Origin: Octopus sinensis
Taxonomy: Eukaryota
NCBI RefSeq assembly: GCF_006345805.1
Contig: NC_043019.1
Location: 27,899,360-27,963,359, forward strand
DNA length: 64,000 nucleotides
Direction of reading: 5' to 3'
The translations under genes and the position numbers were made by a program. Shown piece by piece: positions 61,561 to 64,000 of this stretch; position 1 is the stretch's first letter, and the number at the start of each line of letters is the position of its first letter. The notes under the pieces were generated by a model. The model was given only the letters and a program-made list of their open reading frames with translations, was not told the DNA's origin and did no database searches.

Positions 61561-62407
61561 ATAATGGTGAGCCTCCACACTGTTTCTATCTACCAAACTC
61601 ACTCCCAAGACATTGGTTGGCCCAGAGCTCTAGCAGAAGACACTTGCCCAAGGTGTCATACAGTGGGACTGAACCCAAAATCGCATGGTTGCAAAGCGAG
61701 CTTCTTAATTGCTCAGCCGTGCCTATTAATGAGGGTGGTGGTTGTTGCTCTTGTTGTCGTCATTAATAAGCATGTTGATGATGGTAGTGATGGTAATGAT
61801 GTTGCCCATCGCTTTCATTGTGTAAAATTTGGTGGTGGCGGCGGCGGCAGCGGCGGCACTGCTGCTGGTGATGATTGTGGTGGTGGTGGTGGTGGTGGTG
61901 GTGGTGGTGGTGGTGGTGGTGGTGGTGGTGGCAGCAAGTGCAGTGTTGCTTTTCCTGCTAATGGTGTTGGCTGTAATGAAGCTGATGGTTTTAGTGTTGT
62001 TGTTTTCTATGATGACGATGAGGTGGTGGTGGTGGTGGTGTGTTGGTTGCTAAATAAGGTGAGATCTGGACTGGACGCTGCATGTGGGAGGGAGGGCACT
62101 TTGTGCTACAGCTCTGAACACCTACTGACCTTCTGCAAACTGCTCACATTACTCACACTCACTAAATACATTCTGGACTGTGTCCAAAGAAAGGTCATCC
62201 AACCTTCACACCATCACTGTTGCCATTGCACCATTTCACACAACAGCCTATCTCTCCACCACCTGACCCAACACGCCCCTTAATCCTCTTTTCCATCACC
62301 ATCATGCCCACCTCCACCAAAAGTGTAAACCCTCCTCCCCAAATAAAAACAAACCAACCACTACTCTTGTTTCATCTATAATCAGGTCTTGAATTCAAAC
62401 AATAGAT

Positions 62408-63125
62408 ACAGCCATGGCTGTGTGGTAAGAAGTTTGTTTCCCAAACACATGGTTCCAGGTTCAGTCCCACTGCATGGCACCTTGGGCAAGTGTCTTTTAT
62501 TATAACCTCGAGCCAAGTAAAGCTTTGAGTGGATTTAGCAGATGGAAATTGAAAGAAGCTCATCACACACACATACACACATATATATGCGCAGGCATGG
62601 CTGTATGGTAAAAGGCCTGCTTCCCAACCACATGGTTCTAGGTTCAGTCCCACTGTGTGGCACCTTGGGCAGGTGCCTTCTACTATAGCCTCAAGCCAAT
62701 CAAAGCCTTGTGAGTGGATTTGGGTGATGGAGACTGAAAGAAGCCCATCGTATATATGTTACAGATATTTATATATCCTTGTGTGAGTCTTTGTGTTTGT
62801 CTCCCATCACCACCAATCAACAACTGTTGTTGGTTTGTTTGCATCCCTGTAACTTAGCAGTTCAGCAAAATGAGGCCAACAGAATAAGTATCAGGCTTCC
62901 AAAAGAAAAATATATACTGGTGTCGATTCATTCAACTGACACCCTTCAAGGTGGTGCCCCAGTCTGGCCACAGTCCAATAACTGAAATAAGTAAAAGAAA
63001 GATAAAAGATAATTGGTCAAGCATACTTTTAATGACCATTCCTTTGATTCGTTTGACCAACAACCTTCAAGGCAGTTCCCCAGCATGGCCATAGTCCAAT
63101 AATTGAAACAAGTAAAAGAAAGTTA
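62408..63125 (+). mobile_element. SINE family A cluster (two heads, two tails)
   Basis: Heads at about 62408 and 62590; tail plus flank duplicated at about 62960 and 63080. Confidence 0.7.
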
Positions 63126-63466
63126 AAAGATAATTGGTCAAGCATACATTTAACGACCATTATCCTCTGTCCAGTCAAATTAGTCACCAAACACAGTCCA
63201 GTTACCACTGACCTTACCTGTTATTTTCTCCCTTTCCAGCTGGTCAACTTCTCTTTCTCTTTCCTCTGGTATCTCAACTCTGCAGTCCAGCCACATTCTA
63301 TACATTCTACTGGCCAACAGGCCTCTTCGGCTCTGTTGTCCAGTTCCTGAGCCAAACTCTTTCCACTGACCTCTCAGCAGTGCTGTCCAGCTACAGTGAC
63401 TAATTAAAGCAATCAAGTCCACCAGTTGTCTATATATATATATATTATATATATATATATATATAT

Positions 63467-63604
63467 TTATAACAATAAGGGTCTTTGCAACAAGTTGCTT
63501 GGCTACATACCGAAAATTTTAGAAATAGCAGCCAGAGAACTGCTATTTCTAAAATTTTCGGTATGTAGTCAAGCAACTTGTTGCAAGGACCCTTATTGTT
63601 ATAA
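63467..63604. repeat. Near-perfect palindrome (65-bp arms, 8-bp loop)
   Basis: 63467-63531 vs 63540-63604 match at 63/65; both differences are G-U pairs on the + strand. Confidence 0.93.
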
Positions 63605-63735
63605 TTATATAAACTTTTACCGAATATGGTCCTTTTCCATACCGTAGTGCAACTAGGTGAAATTTGTTGATTTTATTAAATTAATTATATTTCACCCTTT
63701 ATCTGTAATGATTATATATATATATATATATATAT

Positions 63736-63949
63736 GAGGAGGTGCTGAAAAGTTCCTAGCTTTGGCTAAAAGGAAAATACAAGAGGACCAGTTAATTATG
63801 ATTTTATTCAACATATTCCTCTCTCAGATTCATATATTTATAGCAGTGGTCCTTCACTTTTTTTAAGCCCTGTGAAAGGACTCGGAAGGTTGAGCCTCCA
63901 ACTGGGCCTTTTGTGATACTCTTAAAGCCAGGAACTTTTCAGAACCCTC
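63736..63949. mobile_element. Tc1/mariner-type MITE
   Basis: TIR gaggaggtgctgaaaagttcctagc / gccaggaacttttcagaaccctc in TA/TG microsatellite. Confidence 0.75.
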
Positions 63950-64000
63950 TTGTGTGTGTGTGTGTCTGTTTTTTTCCCTATGGTTTCATAGTATTCCAAT

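Noticed and set aside
61549-62283. 244-aa ORF with poly-Gly/Val
   Set aside because: Runs through a SINE and (GGT)n tracts; low complexity, no domain.

Overview
AT-rich, microsatellite-dense animal genomic DNA, most likely an octopus (inferred from its tRNA-derived SINE families, not verified). The only host gene I can support is a partial WASHC2/FAM21 (WASH complex subunit 2) ortholog on the + strand. It has 14 GT-AG coding exons between 399 and 21641 that splice into one continuous frame of 1574 nt (about 524 aa), covering the conserved N-terminal head and the first acidic LFa motifs. The start of the gene lies upstream of the window, and I found no further WASHC2 exon in the remaining 42 kb. 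The rest is repeats: several tRNA-derived SINE families; 5'-truncated RTE, CR1-type, R4/Dong and Penelope retroelement remnants; hAT, mariner, pogo-like and piggyBac-like MITEs; Helentron-like elements; a tRNA-Leu(CAG) pseudogene; mini- and microsatellites; and several long foldback inverted repeats. Nearly all ORFs in the supplied track are artefacts of these repeats. The most striking unexplained signal is a set of nine type I hammerhead-ribozyme motifs with short palindromic helix III, from at least seven sequence-unrelated families. Three keep a fully canonical catalytic core (25074-25108, 31825-31919, 46540-46585), and three others share a non-canonical CCG-start core. All structures were folded by eye and none has been tested. 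There is no CRISPR array, rRNA or intact tRNA.
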